Below are positions 17,547-28,330 of a DNA stretch of 64,000 bases, piece by piece. Source of the stretch: Alphaproteobacteria bacterium (lineage in GTDB: Bacteria > Pseudomonadota > Alphaproteobacteria > UBA828); the NCBI GenBank assembly GCA_963422645.2, contig CAXXVO010000005.1, positions 192,001-256,000 on the forward strand, in the 5' to 3' direction. The notes beneath the pieces are model-generated. The model was not told where the DNA came from and ran no database searches. It worked only from the letters and a program-made list of their open reading frames with translations. Numbering within the stretch: position 1 is the first letter of the stretch; every line of letters begins with the position of its first letter. The translations under genes were made by a program, and so were the position numbers.

Positions 17547-19637
17547 TCAGACCCGGCCGGCGATGGCGAGGATGAAGGCGTAGGTCATCGCCACTTCGAT
17601 TAGCCGGCGGAAGCGGCCGGAGGCGCCGCCGTGGCCGGCCTCCATGTTGGTGTGCAGCAGGAGGGGATGGGCGTCGGTCTTGAGCCGGCGCAGCTTCGCC
17701 ACCCACTTGGCCGCCTCCCAATAGGTCACGCGCGGATCGGTGAGACCTCCGGTCGCGAAGATCGCGGGGTATGCCTTAGCCGTCACGTTCTCGTAGGGCG
17801 CGTAAGCCGCGATGGTGCGGTAGGCATCTTCGTCGTCAATGGGGTTGCCCCATTCCGGCCATTCGGGCGGCGTCAGTGGAAGGTACACGTCGCACATGGT
17901 GTTGAGGACGTCGACGAAGGGCACCTCCGCCACGATGCTGGCGAAGAGCTCGGGTCGCAGGTTCGCAATCGCCCCCATCAGCATGCCGCCGGCGCTGCCG
18001 CCGTGAGCGGCGATCCGCCCCTTCGCCGTGTAGCGCTCGGCGATCAGGTGCTCGGCGGCGGCGATGAAGTCGGCGAAGGTGTTGATCTTCTTCGCGAGCT
18101 TGCCATTGAGATACCAGCCGTAGCCGCAGTCCGAGCCGCCCCGGATGTGAGCGATGGCGTAGACGAAGCCGCGATCCACGAGGCTCAAGCGGTTGGTCGA
18201 GAACGCGGCCGGGATCGCATGGCCGTAGGCGCCGTAGCCGTAAAGCAGGAGCGGCGCCGTGCCGTCGAGCGGGGTCGTGCGACGATAGAGCAGCGAGACC
18301 GGCACCTCGGCGCCGTCGTGGCTCACGGCGGTGAGCCGGCGGGTGACGTAATCGGCGGGGTCATGCCCGCTCGGCACCTCCTGGGTCTTTCGCAGGCTCC
18401 GGGTGCGGGTGCGCATGTCGTAGTCGAAGGTCTGCGTCGTCGTTGTCATCGAGCTGTAGACGAAGCGGACCGTCTCGGTCTCGAACTCGTAGCCGGGCAG
18501 GAGCGAGAGGTCGTAGGCTTCCTCCTCGAAGGCGACGGTGTGCGCCTCGCCGCTCTCCAGGTCGGTGATGACGATGCGGGGCAGGCCGCCCACACGCTCC
18601 AGCCGCACGTGATGGCCGACGAAGAGGAGTTGGGCGCGCACGTATGTGCCGGCCTCGTGGGGCAGCCAGTCGCGCCACGCCGCGCGTTCCGGCGCCTCCA
18701 GCGACGCGGTCATGATCTTGAAGTCGGTCGCACCGTCGGCGTTGGTCAAGATGTAGAGGCGGTCGCCCCGGAAGGCGACGTCGTACTCGATGCCGCGCTC
18801 GCGGGGGGCGATCCGGCGGGGCGCGCTCTCGGGCGCCGCGGCCTCGATCAGATGGACCTCGGAGGTGGTGTGGTCGTGGGCCGAGATCAGGACGAAGCGT
18901 CTGTTCTCGGACTCGCCGAGATCGACGAAGAAGCCGGGGTCGGACTCTTCGTAGACCACGGGGTCCGCCTCCGGTGTGCTGCCGATGCGGTGACGGCGCA
19001 CCTGGTAGGGGTGGTGGTTCTCGTCGAGCACGGTGTAGAAGACGGTCTCGCCGTCGGCCGCCCAGATGACTTCGCCGTGGGCGTCCTCGATCGGCCCGTC
19101 GATGACCGCGCCGGAGGCGATGTAGCGGACGAAGAGGCGGTAGCGCTCCGAGCCGTTGAGGTCGAGGGTGTAGGCGAGGCGGCGGTGATCGTGGCTGTGC
19201 TCGCAGTCCCCGATCCTGAAATAGGCCTGGCCCTCGGCCTCGCGGTTGCCGTCGAGCAGCAGCACCTCGGCTGCTTCGCCGTCCCGCGGAGTACGGCAGT
19301 AGAGCGGATGCTCGCCGCCCTCCACATAGCGGCGGTAGTAGGCCCAGTCCCCGTCGGGCGCCGGCACCGACGAATCGTCCTCCTTCATGCGCCCGCGCAT
19401 CTCGCTCACCAGCGTCTCCCTGAGCGCCTTGTGGGGAGCGAGGAAGGCGTCCGTGTAGACGTTCTCGGCCTCCAGGTAGGTGCGGATGTCGGGATCGAGC
19501 GTCTCGGGCTCGCGCATCACGCGCTGCCAGTCGGGATCCTTGAGCCAGGCATAGTCGTCGTTGCGCGCGATGCCGTGCAGCGTTGCCGTGAGGGGCTTTC
19601 GGGCGGCGACGGGGGGCTTGGGGTCGGGCGCGGTCAT
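17547..19637 (-). CDS. ptrB: Oligopeptidase B (S9A)
   Basis: GGSAGG, DPRVTYWE, AGHGGASGR. Confidence 0.93.
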   Translation of the reverse strand: MTAPDPKPPVAARKPLTATLHGIARNDDYAWLKDPDWQRVMREPETLDPDIRTYLEAENVYTDAFLAPHKALRETLVSEMRGRMKEDDSSVPAPDGDWAYYRRYVEGGEHPLYCRTPRDGEAAEVLLLDGNREAEGQAYFRIGDCEHSHDHRRLAYTLDLNGSERYRLFVRYIASGAVIDGPIEDAHGEVIWAADGETVFYTVLDENHHPYQVRRHRIGSTPEADPVVYEESDPGFFVDLGESENRRFVLISAHDHTTSEVHLIEAAAPESAPRRIAPRERGIEYDVAFRGDRLYILTNADGATDFKIMTASLEAPERAAWRDWLPHEAGTYVRAQLLFVGHHVRLERVGGLPRIVITDLESGEAHTVAFEEEAYDLSLLPGYEFETETVRFVYSSMTTTTQTFDYDMRTRTRSLRKTQEVPSGHDPADYVTRRLTAVSHDGAEVPVSLLYRRTTPLDGTAPLLLYGYGAYGHAIPAAFSTNRLSLVDRGFVYAIAHIRGGSDCGYGWYLNGKLAKKINTFADFIAAAEHLIAERYTAKGRIAAHGGSAGGMLMGAIANLRPELFASIVAEVPFVDVLNTMCDVYLPLTPPEWPEWGNPIDDEDAYRTIAAYAPYENVTAKAYPAIFATGGLTDPRVTYWEAAKWVAKLRRLKTDAHPLLLHTNMEAGHGGASGRFRRLIEVAMTYAFILAIAGRV

Positions 19638-19787
19638 GGAGGAGCTCTCAAGCGGGCGACCGAGGACTCCTAGTCCAACTCGCAAGCTGCAACCACCCTG
19701 CGGGTCGGTCGAGCCCGCGCGACGCCTTCGCGGCACGGTGGCAATCGATTATGGTCGGGCCGCGCCGCAGCAGGGACCGGCCGAGAC

Positions 19788-21080
19788 GTGAGTTCAGACC
19801 AGACCGCCATTTCGGTGCCCGAGGGATACCGCCCGCTCGACGTGGACACCCTCGCGCCCTATCTCGCGGAGCAGCCGGCGCTCTGCGCGCGCCTCGGCGG
19901 CGATCCTTCGAGTTGGCGGGTGGAAGAAGTCGGCGACGGCAACCTGAACCTGGTCTTCATCGTGCGCGGCCCGGGCGGTGGGCTCTGCGTGAAGCAGGCG
20001 CTGCCTTACGTGCGGCTGGTGGGGGAGAGCTGGCCGCTGCCGCTGGATCGCGCCTTCTTCGAGCACGAGGCGCTGGTGGAGCACGGCCGCCATGCACCGG
20101 GGCTCACACCCGAGATCTACCGCTTCGATCCCCTGCTCATGCTGACGGCGATGGAACTGCTGGAACCTCACATCGTCATGCGGCGGGGCATGATCCAGGG
20201 CATCCGCTACCCGCGCGCTGCCACCGACGTGGCCGAATACATGGCGCGGACGCTCTTCTTCACCTCCGATCTCGGGACGAGCGCGGCAGAGAAGAAGGCG
20301 CGCGTCGCTCTCTTCTGCGGCAACGCGGCGCTCTGCAAGCTCACCGAGGACGTGATCTTCACCGAGCCCTACATGGTCCACGAAAACAACCGCTGGACCT
20401 CGCCGCAGCTCGACGACCTCGCCGCGGCCTTCCGGGCCGATGCCGCGCTGAAGCGCGCCGTCTCCCGCCTCAAGTGCAAGTTCATGGGAAACGCCGAGGC
20501 GCTGATTCACGGCGACCTGCACACCGGCTCGATCATGGTGACGCAGGACGACACCCGCGTGATCGACCCCGAGTTCGCGTTCTACGGGCCGATGGGCTTC
20601 GATACCGGCGCCTTCGTCGGCAACCTGCTGCTCAACTACTTCAGCCAGGACGGCCACGCGACCGAGGCCGACGACCGCACCGCCTACAAGGCATGGGTGC
20701 TGGAGACGGCCGAGACCTTCTGGCGCACCTTCGCCGAGTGCTACGGCGCCCTCTGGGCCGAGCGTACGGGCGATGCGTACCCGGCTGCGCTTTTCGCCGG
20801 CGAAGAGGGTGCTGCTTCGCTTAGCCTCGCGCGCGACGCGGCCATCGCCGCGCTCTTCACCGACACGCTTCAGTTCGGCGCAGCCAAGATGATCCGGCGC
20901 ATCCTGGGGATCGCCCACAACATCGATTTCGAATGGATCGAGGATCCCGACCGCCGCGCCGCCTGCGAACGGCCGGCCCTCCTGCTCGGCCGGGAGCTGC
21001 TCGTGAACACCGCCGCGTATCGGACGATCCAGGCCGTCACTGGCGCAGCGCAGGATTTCCAGGCCCGCACCGGTGCGTGA
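19788..21080 (+). CDS. mtnK: S-methyl-5-thioribose kinase
   Basis: EVGDGNLNLVF, KQALPY, HGDLHTGS, DPEF. Confidence 0.95.
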   Translation: MSSDQTAISVPEGYRPLDVDTLAPYLAEQPALCARLGGDPSSWRVEEVGDGNLNLVFIVRGPGGGLCVKQALPYVRLVGESWPLPLDRAFFEHEALVEHGRHAPGLTPEIYRFDPLLMLTAMELLEPHIVMRRGMIQGIRYPRAATDVAEYMARTLFFTSDLGTSAAEKKARVALFCGNAALCKLTEDVIFTEPYMVHENNRWTSPQLDDLAAAFRADAALKRAVSRLKCKFMGNAEALIHGDLHTGSIMVTQDDTRVIDPEFAFYGPMGFDTGAFVGNLLLNYFSQDGHATEADDRTAYKAWVLETAETFWRTFAECYGALWAERTGDAYPAALFAGEEGAASLSLARDAAIAALFTDTLQFGAAKMIRRILGIAHNIDFEWIEDPDRRAACERPALLLGRELLVNTAAYRTIQAVTGAAQDFQARTGA

Positions 21081-21138
21081 CGGGACGTTGCCCGCTACCA
21101 TCACCCCAACGACAAACGACAGGAAAGGGAGACCAGCC

Positions 21139-21486
21139 ATGACCATCGAACGCCTCGACAAAGGCCCCCGCATGAGCCAGGCGGTTGTGCAGGGCGACCG
21201 CGTGTATCTCGCCGGCCAGGTGGCCGACGACACCAGTGAGGACGTCGCCGGCCAGACCCGGCAAGTCCTCGCCAAGATCGACGCCCTGCTGGCCAGGGCC
21301 GGCTCGTCGAAGGAGCAGATTCTCACCGCCAACGTCTGGCTCTCGGACATCCGGACCTTCGGCGAGATGAACAGCGTGTGGGACCCCTGGGTCTCCAAGG
21401 AGAACCCGCCCTGCCGCGCCTGCGTCGAGAGCAGGCTGGCGACGCCGGACTACACGGTCGAGATCATGGTGGTGGCCGCGCGCTAG
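21139..21486 (+). CDS. RidA family protein (YoaB-like)
   Basis: VYLAGQV, MNSVWD, PCRACVES. Confidence 0.9.
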   Translation: MTIERLDKGPRMSQAVVQGDRVYLAGQVADDTSEDVAGQTRQVLAKIDALLARAGSSKEQILTANVWLSDIRTFGEMNSVWDPWVSKENPPCRACVESRLATPDYTVEIMVVAAR

Positions 21487-21523
21487 CAGCCGCCGCCCCC
21501 GCTGAGGGGCGCAGGAGGGAGAC

Positions 21524-22849
21524 ATGAGCGAGGCGATGGCAACCGCCGGCGCGAACCGGCGCTACGACATCATCCCCTGGGCAGCGCAGAACGCGCTGGA
21601 CCCGGTGATCGAGATGGAGCGCGGCGAGGGCGCCTACATCTATGACACGGGAGGCAAGCGCTATCTCGATTTCTCGTCGCAGCTGGTGAACGTCAATCTC
21701 GGCTACCAGCACCCCAAGGTGATCGCGGCGATTCAGGAGCAGGCTGGCAGGCTTTGCTACATCGGCCCGCACCACACCACCGCCGCGCGCGAGAAGCTCG
21801 GCCGCAAGCTTGCGGAGATCGCGCCCGGCGATATCCAGACCGCCTTCTTCACCGGGAGCGGCAGCGAGGCGACCGAGATCGCCATGATGATCGCGCGCCT
21901 CGTCACGGGGCGGCGCAAGATCCTCGCGAAGTACCGCTCCTACCACGGCACCACCTCGGGCTCGATGTCGGCGAGTGGCGACCCCAGGCGGCTCGCCGTG
22001 GGCTACGACCACCCCAACATCGTCCGCTTCCTCGACCCCTACTGCCACCGCTGCCCCTTCTCGCTCTCCTACCCCGGCTGCGGGGTGCAGTGCGCGAAGA
22101 GCGTGGAAGAGGTGATCCAGCGCGAGGGGCCGGACCAGATCGCTGCGGTCATCGTCGAGCCGATGACGGCGGCGAGCGGCGGGATCAAGCCGCCGCCCGA
22201 GTACTTCCCAATCCTGCGCGAGATCTGCGACCGCTACGGCATCCTGATGATCGCGGACGAGGTGATCTGCGGCTTCGGCCGCACCGGGCGCTGGTTCGGC
22301 ATGGAGCATTGGGGCGTGGTGCCCGACCTGATGGCGGTCTCCAAGGGCATCACGTCCGGCTACATCCCGATGGGCGCGGTGCTGATGCGGCCCCACGTTG
22401 CCGCGCACTTCGACGACGACTGGTTCCCGCTCGGCTCGACCCAGACCGGCAACCCCATCGCCTGCGCCGCTGCCTGTGCCGCGCTCGATGCCTACGAGAA
22501 CGACGGGCTGATCGAGAACGCAGCGCGGATGGGCAAGGTGCTGGCGTCGGGGCTGGAGGACCTCAAGGAGGGGCATTCGTGCGTCTCCGACGTGCGCTCG
22601 CTCGGCCTGCTGGGCGCGATCGAGCTAACCGCCGATCCGGCGACCGACGCGCCTTTCTCAACCGCGCCGAACCACGCGGCGCTCAACGACCTGATGAAGC
22701 GCCGGATGGTCGAGCACGGCCTGGAGGCCAGGACCTGCCTCAACGGCCTCCTGATCGGCCCGCCGCTCTGTATCGACGCCGAGCAGATCGGGGACGCCAT
22801 CGGCATCTTCGACACGATCCTGGACGAGGTCGACGCCGCGCTCGGCTGA
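21524..22849 (+). CDS. Class III PLP aminotransferase
   Basis: SGSEA, SYHG, DEVICGFGRTG, SKGITSGY. Confidence 0.92.
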   Translation: MSEAMATAGANRRYDIIPWAAQNALDPVIEMERGEGAYIYDTGGKRYLDFSSQLVNVNLGYQHPKVIAAIQEQAGRLCYIGPHHTTAAREKLGRKLAEIAPGDIQTAFFTGSGSEATEIAMMIARLVTGRRKILAKYRSYHGTTSGSMSASGDPRRLAVGYDHPNIVRFLDPYCHRCPFSLSYPGCGVQCAKSVEEVIQREGPDQIAAVIVEPMTAASGGIKPPPEYFPILREICDRYGILMIADEVICGFGRTGRWFGMEHWGVVPDLMAVSKGITSGYIPMGAVLMRPHVAAHFDDDWFPLGSTQTGNPIACAAACAALDAYENDGLIENAARMGKVLASGLEDLKEGHSCVSDVRSLGLLGAIELTADPATDAPFSTAPNHAALNDLMKRRMVEHGLEARTCLNGLLIGPPLCIDAEQIGDAIGIFDTILDEVDAALG

Positions 22850-23181
22850 GGTAGCGCGAGTCTGTCCTTGACGGACTCGGGGCGACCCGTCGGCTGACGC
22901 CGCGCGGAGGGCGGCGGCCGGGTACGGCCGCTGAGTCCGTGCATTCCGCCTGCGGCGCAGCTGGCTAGGCAGAAGTACGAACCCAAGCTGTCGAGAGTCC
23001 CCTATGTTCTCCCGGTATGTGTGACGTCTTGCATTGTAAATTCTTAGGCTTCAACAGCAAAAATTGTATTGGAATTCACTTGTGAACGTTTGCAATTGTC
23101 TTGCGAGAGACAGGAAATGTCGCTCGCGAAGAAGATCACCGCAAATGCTGGCTCCTTCTCGACGCATTTCCAACGAAACAC

Positions 23182-23197
23182 TGGCAAGTGTGTCGCT
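23182..23197 (+). promoter_or_regulatory. Candidate sigma54 promoter
   Basis: TGGCAA-GTGTG-TCGCT (GG-N10-GC) about 27 bp before the small ORF. Confidence 0.4.
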
Positions 23198-23223
23198 ACT
23201 CGACCGATGAAGGAGGAGTACCC

Positions 23224-23325
23224 ATGTTCGATTTCGGCTTCAATGACCCGATAGTCCGCAGTGCCTTGACGGTTTTTGTCGGTGCAATCTCGTTTATGGC
23301 CCTGCTGTCATTTCTCCTCGTCTAA
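23224..23325 (+). CDS. 33-aa single-pass small membrane protein
   Basis: AAGGAGGAG RBS; MFDFGFNDPIVRSALTVFVGAISFMALLSFLLV. Confidence 0.6.
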   Translation: MFDFGFNDPIVRSALTVFVGAISFMALLSFLLV

Positions 23326-23458
23326 CGGCTGTCACAGACAAAGAGAATCCTCCGGAATCCGAATGGATAATGGTCGCCACTTCGGGAGAACTGTGCCTGC
23401 GCCGCATCGTGATCCGGTGCGGCAAGGGCGCGGGCTGCCCATCCGGCGGACGAGCCGG

Positions 23459-24295
23459 CTACTGCTTGATTGCGCCCAGCGTGAATGCGCGGGCGAGGTG
23501 CTTCTGAATCAGGAAGCCGAAGAGGACGATGGGGAGCGCGGCTGCGACCGCCAGCGCCGCCTGCACGCCGTAGACCCCGGTGTGATGGTGCAGATAGATC
23601 GGTACGGTGACGATCAGCTTGTCGCTCAGCGTGACCGTCAGCAGGAACTCGTTCCAGGTGAGGATGAAGATGAAGAGGCCGGTGACCACCATGCCGCCCC
23701 GGATCAGCGGCACGGTGACGACGAGGTGCGCGCGCAGGCGGCTCATGCCGTCCATCATGCCGGCCTCCTCGATGGCGGCCGGCACCTCGTCGATGAAGCT
23801 CTTCAGCATCCAGAACGAGAAGGGCACGCCGAAGGCGGTATGGACCAGGATGATGCCGATGTGGGTGTCGCGGAGACCCACCGAGGTGAAGAGGAAGAGC
23901 GCCGGGATCGCCAGCGTGATCGGCGGCACGGCGCGGACGGCGAGGATCCCGATGGCAAGCCGGTTGCTGCCCGCGCGGTAGCGTGAGAAGCCGATTGCCG
24001 CGAGCAGCCCGATGGCGAGCGCGAGCGCGGTGGTGCCGCCGGCGATGATGAAGGAATCGAGCATGGCGCTGAGCCCGGTGCCGCGCGCGGTGACGTAGTT
24101 CATCTCGAAGCGCTGGTAGAGGGGCGCGTAGTTCCCGAGCGTGAGATCGCGCGGCACCCAGGGCGGCGGCACCGCCGCCCACTCGCCGAAGGGCTTGAGC
24201 GACGTGGACACCATCCAGAAGACCGGGAAGAGCGCAAAGATGAGCGCCGCCGCGAGGCCGAGCGCGTGATAGGGCCGGAGGCGGGAAGAGGTCAC
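23459..24295 (-). CDS. Carbohydrate ABC transporter permease (MalG-like), orphan
   Basis: FPVFWMVSTSLK; EAA loop IEEAGMMDG; FILTWNEFL. Confidence 0.88.
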   Translation of the reverse strand: MTSSRLRPYHALGLAAALIFALFPVFWMVSTSLKPFGEWAAVPPPWVPRDLTLGNYAPLYQRFEMNYVTARGTGLSAMLDSFIIAGGTTALALAIGLLAAIGFSRYRAGSNRLAIGILAVRAVPPITLAIPALFLFTSVGLRDTHIGIILVHTAFGVPFSFWMLKSFIDEVPAAIEEAGMMDGMSRLRAHLVVTVPLIRGGMVVTGLFIFILTWNEFLLTVTLSDKLIVTVPIYLHHHTGVYGVQAALAVAAALPIVLFGFLIQKHLARAFTLGAIKQ

Positions 24296-24410
24296 GGACG
24301 GGTACCGGGTCGAAGCGTAAGCCAGAGTCCCTGCGGCCCCTGCCACTCGGCGATGGCCGCTCGCTCGGGCAGGCGCCGCCTGGGCGGCAAATGCGGCACA
24401 GAAATGCGAG

Positions 24411-25001
24411 CTACTGGTTTGCTGACTTCTTCTGCTTCTCGACGAGTTTCTCCTCCGGGGTCCGGCCCCGGCCGATGTGAAACTTATCCACGAAGAGCGG
24501 CCTCTTCGCGCCTTCCCGGTACCAGCTCATCACCATGGGGATCTTCGCCATTCTGAACAGGCCGATCTGCGGGCAGCGGCGATCGGTTTCGCGGGCAAGC
24601 TCCTTCACCCGCTCGGTCTTTTCCCGCGTCTTCACGTGGAGGTCGAAATTGATCTGCTCGTACTTGGGCTGCAGGTGCAGATCGAAAAAGAAGCCGCGGA
24701 TGTCGATGAGAGAGCGGATGTCCGTGCGCAGGTCCTGATACTTGAAGCCCTGGTCGCGGGCCACCACGGTGATGGTGATGGACGTGCACGAGGCCAGAGC
24801 AGAGAGCTGGGCATGGACCGGGGTCCAGCCCCGCGACTTCCCCTGCAGCTCGGGCGGGTCGCCGATGTCGAAGCCTTCGGGCTCGTCGAACATGATGGAG
24901 GGCTGGCCGTCGAAATAGCCCTCAACGCGCATCTGCTCGAAGGATTGCGTGCTCACATCCGAGATGCCGATGTAACCCGGATAGCGCGCCTCTCTCTCCA
25001 T
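24411..25001 (-). CDS. OsmC-family protein
   Basis: DEP..G..TP..ALASCT and RRCP, two conserved Cys. Confidence 0.75.
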   Translation of the reverse strand: MEREARYPGYIGISDVSTQSFEQMRVEGYFDGQPSIMFDEPEGFDIGDPPELQGKSRGWTPVHAQLSALASCTSITITVVARDQGFKYQDLRTDIRSLIDIRGFFFDLHLQPKYEQINFDLHVKTREKTERVKELARETDRRCPQIGLFRMAKIPMVMSWYREGAKRPLFVDKFHIGRGRTPEEKLVEKQKKSANQ

Positions 25002-25186
25002 CGGGTGCTCCCTTCCTGCGCTTCGTGCGGCCCGGGAGCTTACGCGCCGCCAACACGGGCGGCAAAGCCGGTTGGAGCGAGCCCGGAGGGAACGCACGCA
25101 ACGATTGGCGCCCGGTGGAAAGCGGCGTAACCATTGGTGCGGACGGTGCGTCACGACTGGGCGGCAGAGAGGGACCCGACATGGCC

Positions 25187-25645
25187 ATGGAACAAGCGAC
25201 CCCCGAGGCGACCGACGAGGAGTGGCAATACCAGCTTCGTGTCGACCTTGCCGAGGATGCGGCCGCAGCGGTGCGTGCCGGCGCGGAGCATCCGGGGCTC
25301 GGGCCGGTGCGGGACATCCTCGCCGCCCACGATGCGCGGCTCGTGTGCCAGTACGACGCCTTCGCCGGCTACTGCGCCGAGGCCGAGGCGCAGGGCGTCG
25401 AGCACTATCCCCTCTACGCCTGGACCAGGGCGGTGATCGCCGATCCCGCCAAGCAGGCGAAGTACGTGAAATCGTTCTCGATCCACATCGGCGGCGCGGA
25501 GGTCTACGCCAGGGAGAAGGCAGACCCGCTGGCGGCGGCGCTCAAGCCGCTGGTCGGCGCGGGCGTCGTGACCCGGCTCGCCAGGCACGACACCAATCCG
25601 GCCAACAGCCCGCAGATGCCGGAGAAGTACCGCCCCGGCTCGTGA
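25187..25645 (+). CDS. Hypothetical protein
   Basis: Host-like codon usage; WQYQLR, CQYDAFAGYC and HDTNPANSPQ segments. Confidence 0.7.
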   Translation: MEQATPEATDEEWQYQLRVDLAEDAAAAVRAGAEHPGLGPVRDILAAHDARLVCQYDAFAGYCAEAEAQGVEHYPLYAWTRAVIADPAKQAKYVKSFSIHIGGAEVYAREKADPLAAALKPLVGAGVVTRLARHDTNPANSPQMPEKYRPGS

Positions 25646-25651
25646 CGGGAC

Positions 25652-25967
25652 TCAGCCGTCCGCGGCGAGTTTCTCACGCAGGTAGGGGATCAGGCCGCCG
25701 GCCTGGAGCATGCCGCGCTCGGCGGTGGAGTAGGGGGCGATGGGGAGCGCCCCGCCCCGGCTCAGGTTGCGGACCTCCGCAGTCTCCCAGTCGATCTCGA
25801 TCTCGTCCCAGCGCTGGGCGAGGCCGGTGATGCCGGGGCAGGCGATCTGGGGGAAGCCCTCGGCGATCTCCTCCCGCCAGTAGCCGGTGGCGAAGGAGTC
25901 CGCGATCACGGCGCGGACACCCAAGCGGCGCAGCCCGATCATCGGCGCGAAGTGAGGGTGGCCGTAA
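25652..25967 (-). pseudogene. LeuD-like dehydratase small subunit, 3' part
   Basis: GHPH..GVRAVIADSFA..LQAGGLI; joins 28127-28330 across IS1634 to give ENFGYGHPH. Confidence 0.85.
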
Positions 25968-28126
25968 CCCAGGTTGGCACTTTTTGTGTTCTGCTGTCGT
26001 TTATCGCTTTGATATGGCGCAATATTTTTCTCTGCCGATTCCAACATGGCACTACATTTTGTGAGATTCTGTCAGCTCGTCAGGCGGGTCCTCGTGCGGT
26101 GGATGGCGGGGTCAACACCCGCCGCCGAGGAGATTTGGGCGACCTCGGCGGCCGGGCGCGTGTCCTGGCGGTTGACGATCAAGGTGCCGTCGGTCTGGCG
26201 CAGTCGCGTGGTGATCCGCACCCAGGTCCGCATGCCCTCGCGGATCGATGCCCAGCACTTGTGGATGCCCCGCGCGGCCAGTCGGGTACGGATCAGATGC
26301 ACGGCGTGATAGGCCAGCACGGCGATCAGCAGGTGGGCCGCGATGCGACGGTCGAGCTGGTGCCAGATCGGGCGAAGGCCGAGCTCGGATTTCAGGCTGC
26401 GGAAGGTGGCCTCGATGTCGGTGATGCGCCAGTAGGTCCGCAGGATCGTCTCGATATCCCAGTCGACGTGGCTGGTGCGCAGCACATAGGCGCCGGCGCC
26501 CTCGTCGGCCTCGTCGTATTGCGGCCTGCGCTTGAAGCGCACGGCGGCGGCGTTGGGGCCGGTTTTCGCCTTCTCGACCGTGACCTCGTAGTGTCTGGCG
26601 ACGGTGGAGAAGCGCTGCTTGAGACGGCCAATGCTCTCCAGCACCCTGTCGTAGCGCTTGAGGCGGCCCTTGACCGGCAGGCCGCTATGGAGCCTTTCCA
26701 GCGCCGCCTCGAAGCGGTTCCGCCTGAGGCCGATGATCGCGTTCTCGGCCTTCTTCTTGCCCTCGCTGACGACGTAGAGCCGCGCCTCGCCGTCCTCGCT
26801 GGCAAGCCGCCAGGCGCGCACCTCGTGCCGCGCGCTGGTGATCAGCAGAGCCTCGGGCCCGCCCTCGGGCAGCGGCGGCCTGGCGCCGCGGCTGACCGCG
26901 ATCCAGTCGTAGCCCTGCTCGCCCAGCCACGCGACGTTCTCCTCGGTGGCGATGCCCGCGTCCATGACCACCGTGGGCTTCGGCGCCGTGCCGCCGCACA
27001 CCGCCTCGAGCCTGACCAGCGCGTCCTCCAGCGTGCCCGGCTCGCTCACGTTGCCCGGCAGGATCTCGCAACTGCGCGGGAAGCCTGCGCCGTCGAGCGC
27101 CAGCGCCAGCGTGATCAGCGGACAGTCGTCGCGCTTCTGCTTGGAGCGCCCGAACCTGGGAAGCTGGCCGTGGGTGTGGCCGTGGTAGTGGACATTGGTG
27201 AGATCGTAAAAGGCGATCGTTTCGGGCAGGTCGAGCAGCGCGCGCTCGCGGTTGAACAGCTCCCGCTGAATGGCGGCCCGGTGGCGCCAGAGCAGGTCGC
27301 CGATGCGGTAGAGCGTCTTGCGCCGCAGCGCCTTGCGGTCGCCCTCCAGCCCCAGGAGCTCGGCGGTCGCGCTGTCGCGGCGCAGCCAGCGGCTGGTGTC
27401 ACGCTCGCTGGCGGGATGGACCATCCTGGCGACGATCAGCGCGCTGGCGATGCGCCCGTCGCGGCCCTTGATATCGAGGCCGTGGAGGATGTCGGCGAAG
27501 CCGAGGTCGTCGAGGGCCTTGAGGCACAGGCGCTCGCAGCCGACCGTGCGCGGGTTCTCGTGCTCCAGGGTATCGAGGTCGACGGTGGCGATGTCGGGCT
27601 TGCGCGCCTCTTCCTGTATCGCCTCGGGGCGGAACCCCCTGGCCCTGAGCTTGGCGACGATGTCCTCGGCTGCGGCCTGCACGTCCGGCGCGGCTTCGAG
27701 CAGCGGCGGGCGGCCGTTGAGCAGCGCCTCGGCGAGTCCGGCAACTTCGCGCCATTTCTCCTTCGGCACCGGATAGTCGGTGCCGAGGTTGAGAAGCGTG
27801 CGCTGCCTGACCTTGTCGCCGATGCGCTGCGAGAGCACGAGGCGATGGCTGCGGACCGGCTTGCCTTCGGTAGTGTGGGTCTTGGTTGCCCTGATGAACA
27901 TGTCGCCCGGCACGTTTTGGTCGTGGCGGGTTCAGATATGTCGGCTTTGGTGGTGGGGTCAAGGGAAATCCTGCAAACCCACCATTCCCTGGCACTACAA
28001 AGGGAGTTCGAGACGGCAATCGCAAATGTAGGGGCGTGCCCTTCTCGTCAACGCTATATCTGGTGTGTCAGCCGGAAAAACCTGGCCAATTCGGCCCCGA
28101 ACAAACGGAAAAAGTGCCAACTTGGG
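25968..28126 (-). mobile_element. IS1634-family insertion sequence
   Basis: 18-bp inverted repeats CCCAGGTTGGCACTTTTT / CCCAAGTTGGCACTTTTT; GTAA duplicated at 25964-67 and 28127-30. Confidence 0.9.
26072..27901 (-). CDS. IS1634-family DDE transposase
   Basis: YDLTN, FGRSKQKRDD, VVMDAGI, IEATFRSLKSELGLRPIWH. Confidence 0.93.
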   Translation of the reverse strand: MFIRATKTHTTEGKPVRSHRLVLSQRIGDKVRQRTLLNLGTDYPVPKEKWREVAGLAEALLNGRPPLLEAAPDVQAAAEDIVAKLRARGFRPEAIQEEARKPDIATVDLDTLEHENPRTVGCERLCLKALDDLGFADILHGLDIKGRDGRIASALIVARMVHPASERDTSRWLRRDSATAELLGLEGDRKALRRKTLYRIGDLLWRHRAAIQRELFNRERALLDLPETIAFYDLTNVHYHGHTHGQLPRFGRSKQKRDDCPLITLALALDGAGFPRSCEILPGNVSEPGTLEDALVRLEAVCGGTAPKPTVVMDAGIATEENVAWLGEQGYDWIAVSRGARPPLPEGGPEALLITSARHEVRAWRLASEDGEARLYVVSEGKKKAENAIIGLRRNRFEAALERLHSGLPVKGRLKRYDRVLESIGRLKQRFSTVARHYEVTVEKAKTGPNAAAVRFKRRPQYDEADEGAGAYVLRTSHVDWDIETILRTYWRITDIEATFRSLKSELGLRPIWHQLDRRIAAHLLIAVLAYHAVHLIRTRLAARGIHKCWASIREGMRTWVRITTRLRQTDGTLIVNRQDTRPAAEVAQISSAAGVDPAIHRTRTRLTS

Positions 28127-28330
28127 GTAACCGAAATTCTCGGCGCCGACGACCACGTCGCCGGGCTCGACCTTCTCCGCGAAGCCGGGATCGAAGCGGC
28201 GCATAGCGCAGGCGGCGAGCGCGTCAGGGTCGGTGAGGCGGATGTTCTCGACGCCCACGATCTGGTCGACGTCGAAGTCGGCCTCCTCGAAGACGTAGGC
28301 AACGCGGCCGCGAAGGGGCGCGAGGCTCAT
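28127..28330 (-). pseudogene. LeuD-like small subunit, 5' part
   Basis: MSLAPLRGRV..FDVDQI..PGDVVVGAENFGY. Confidence 0.85.
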
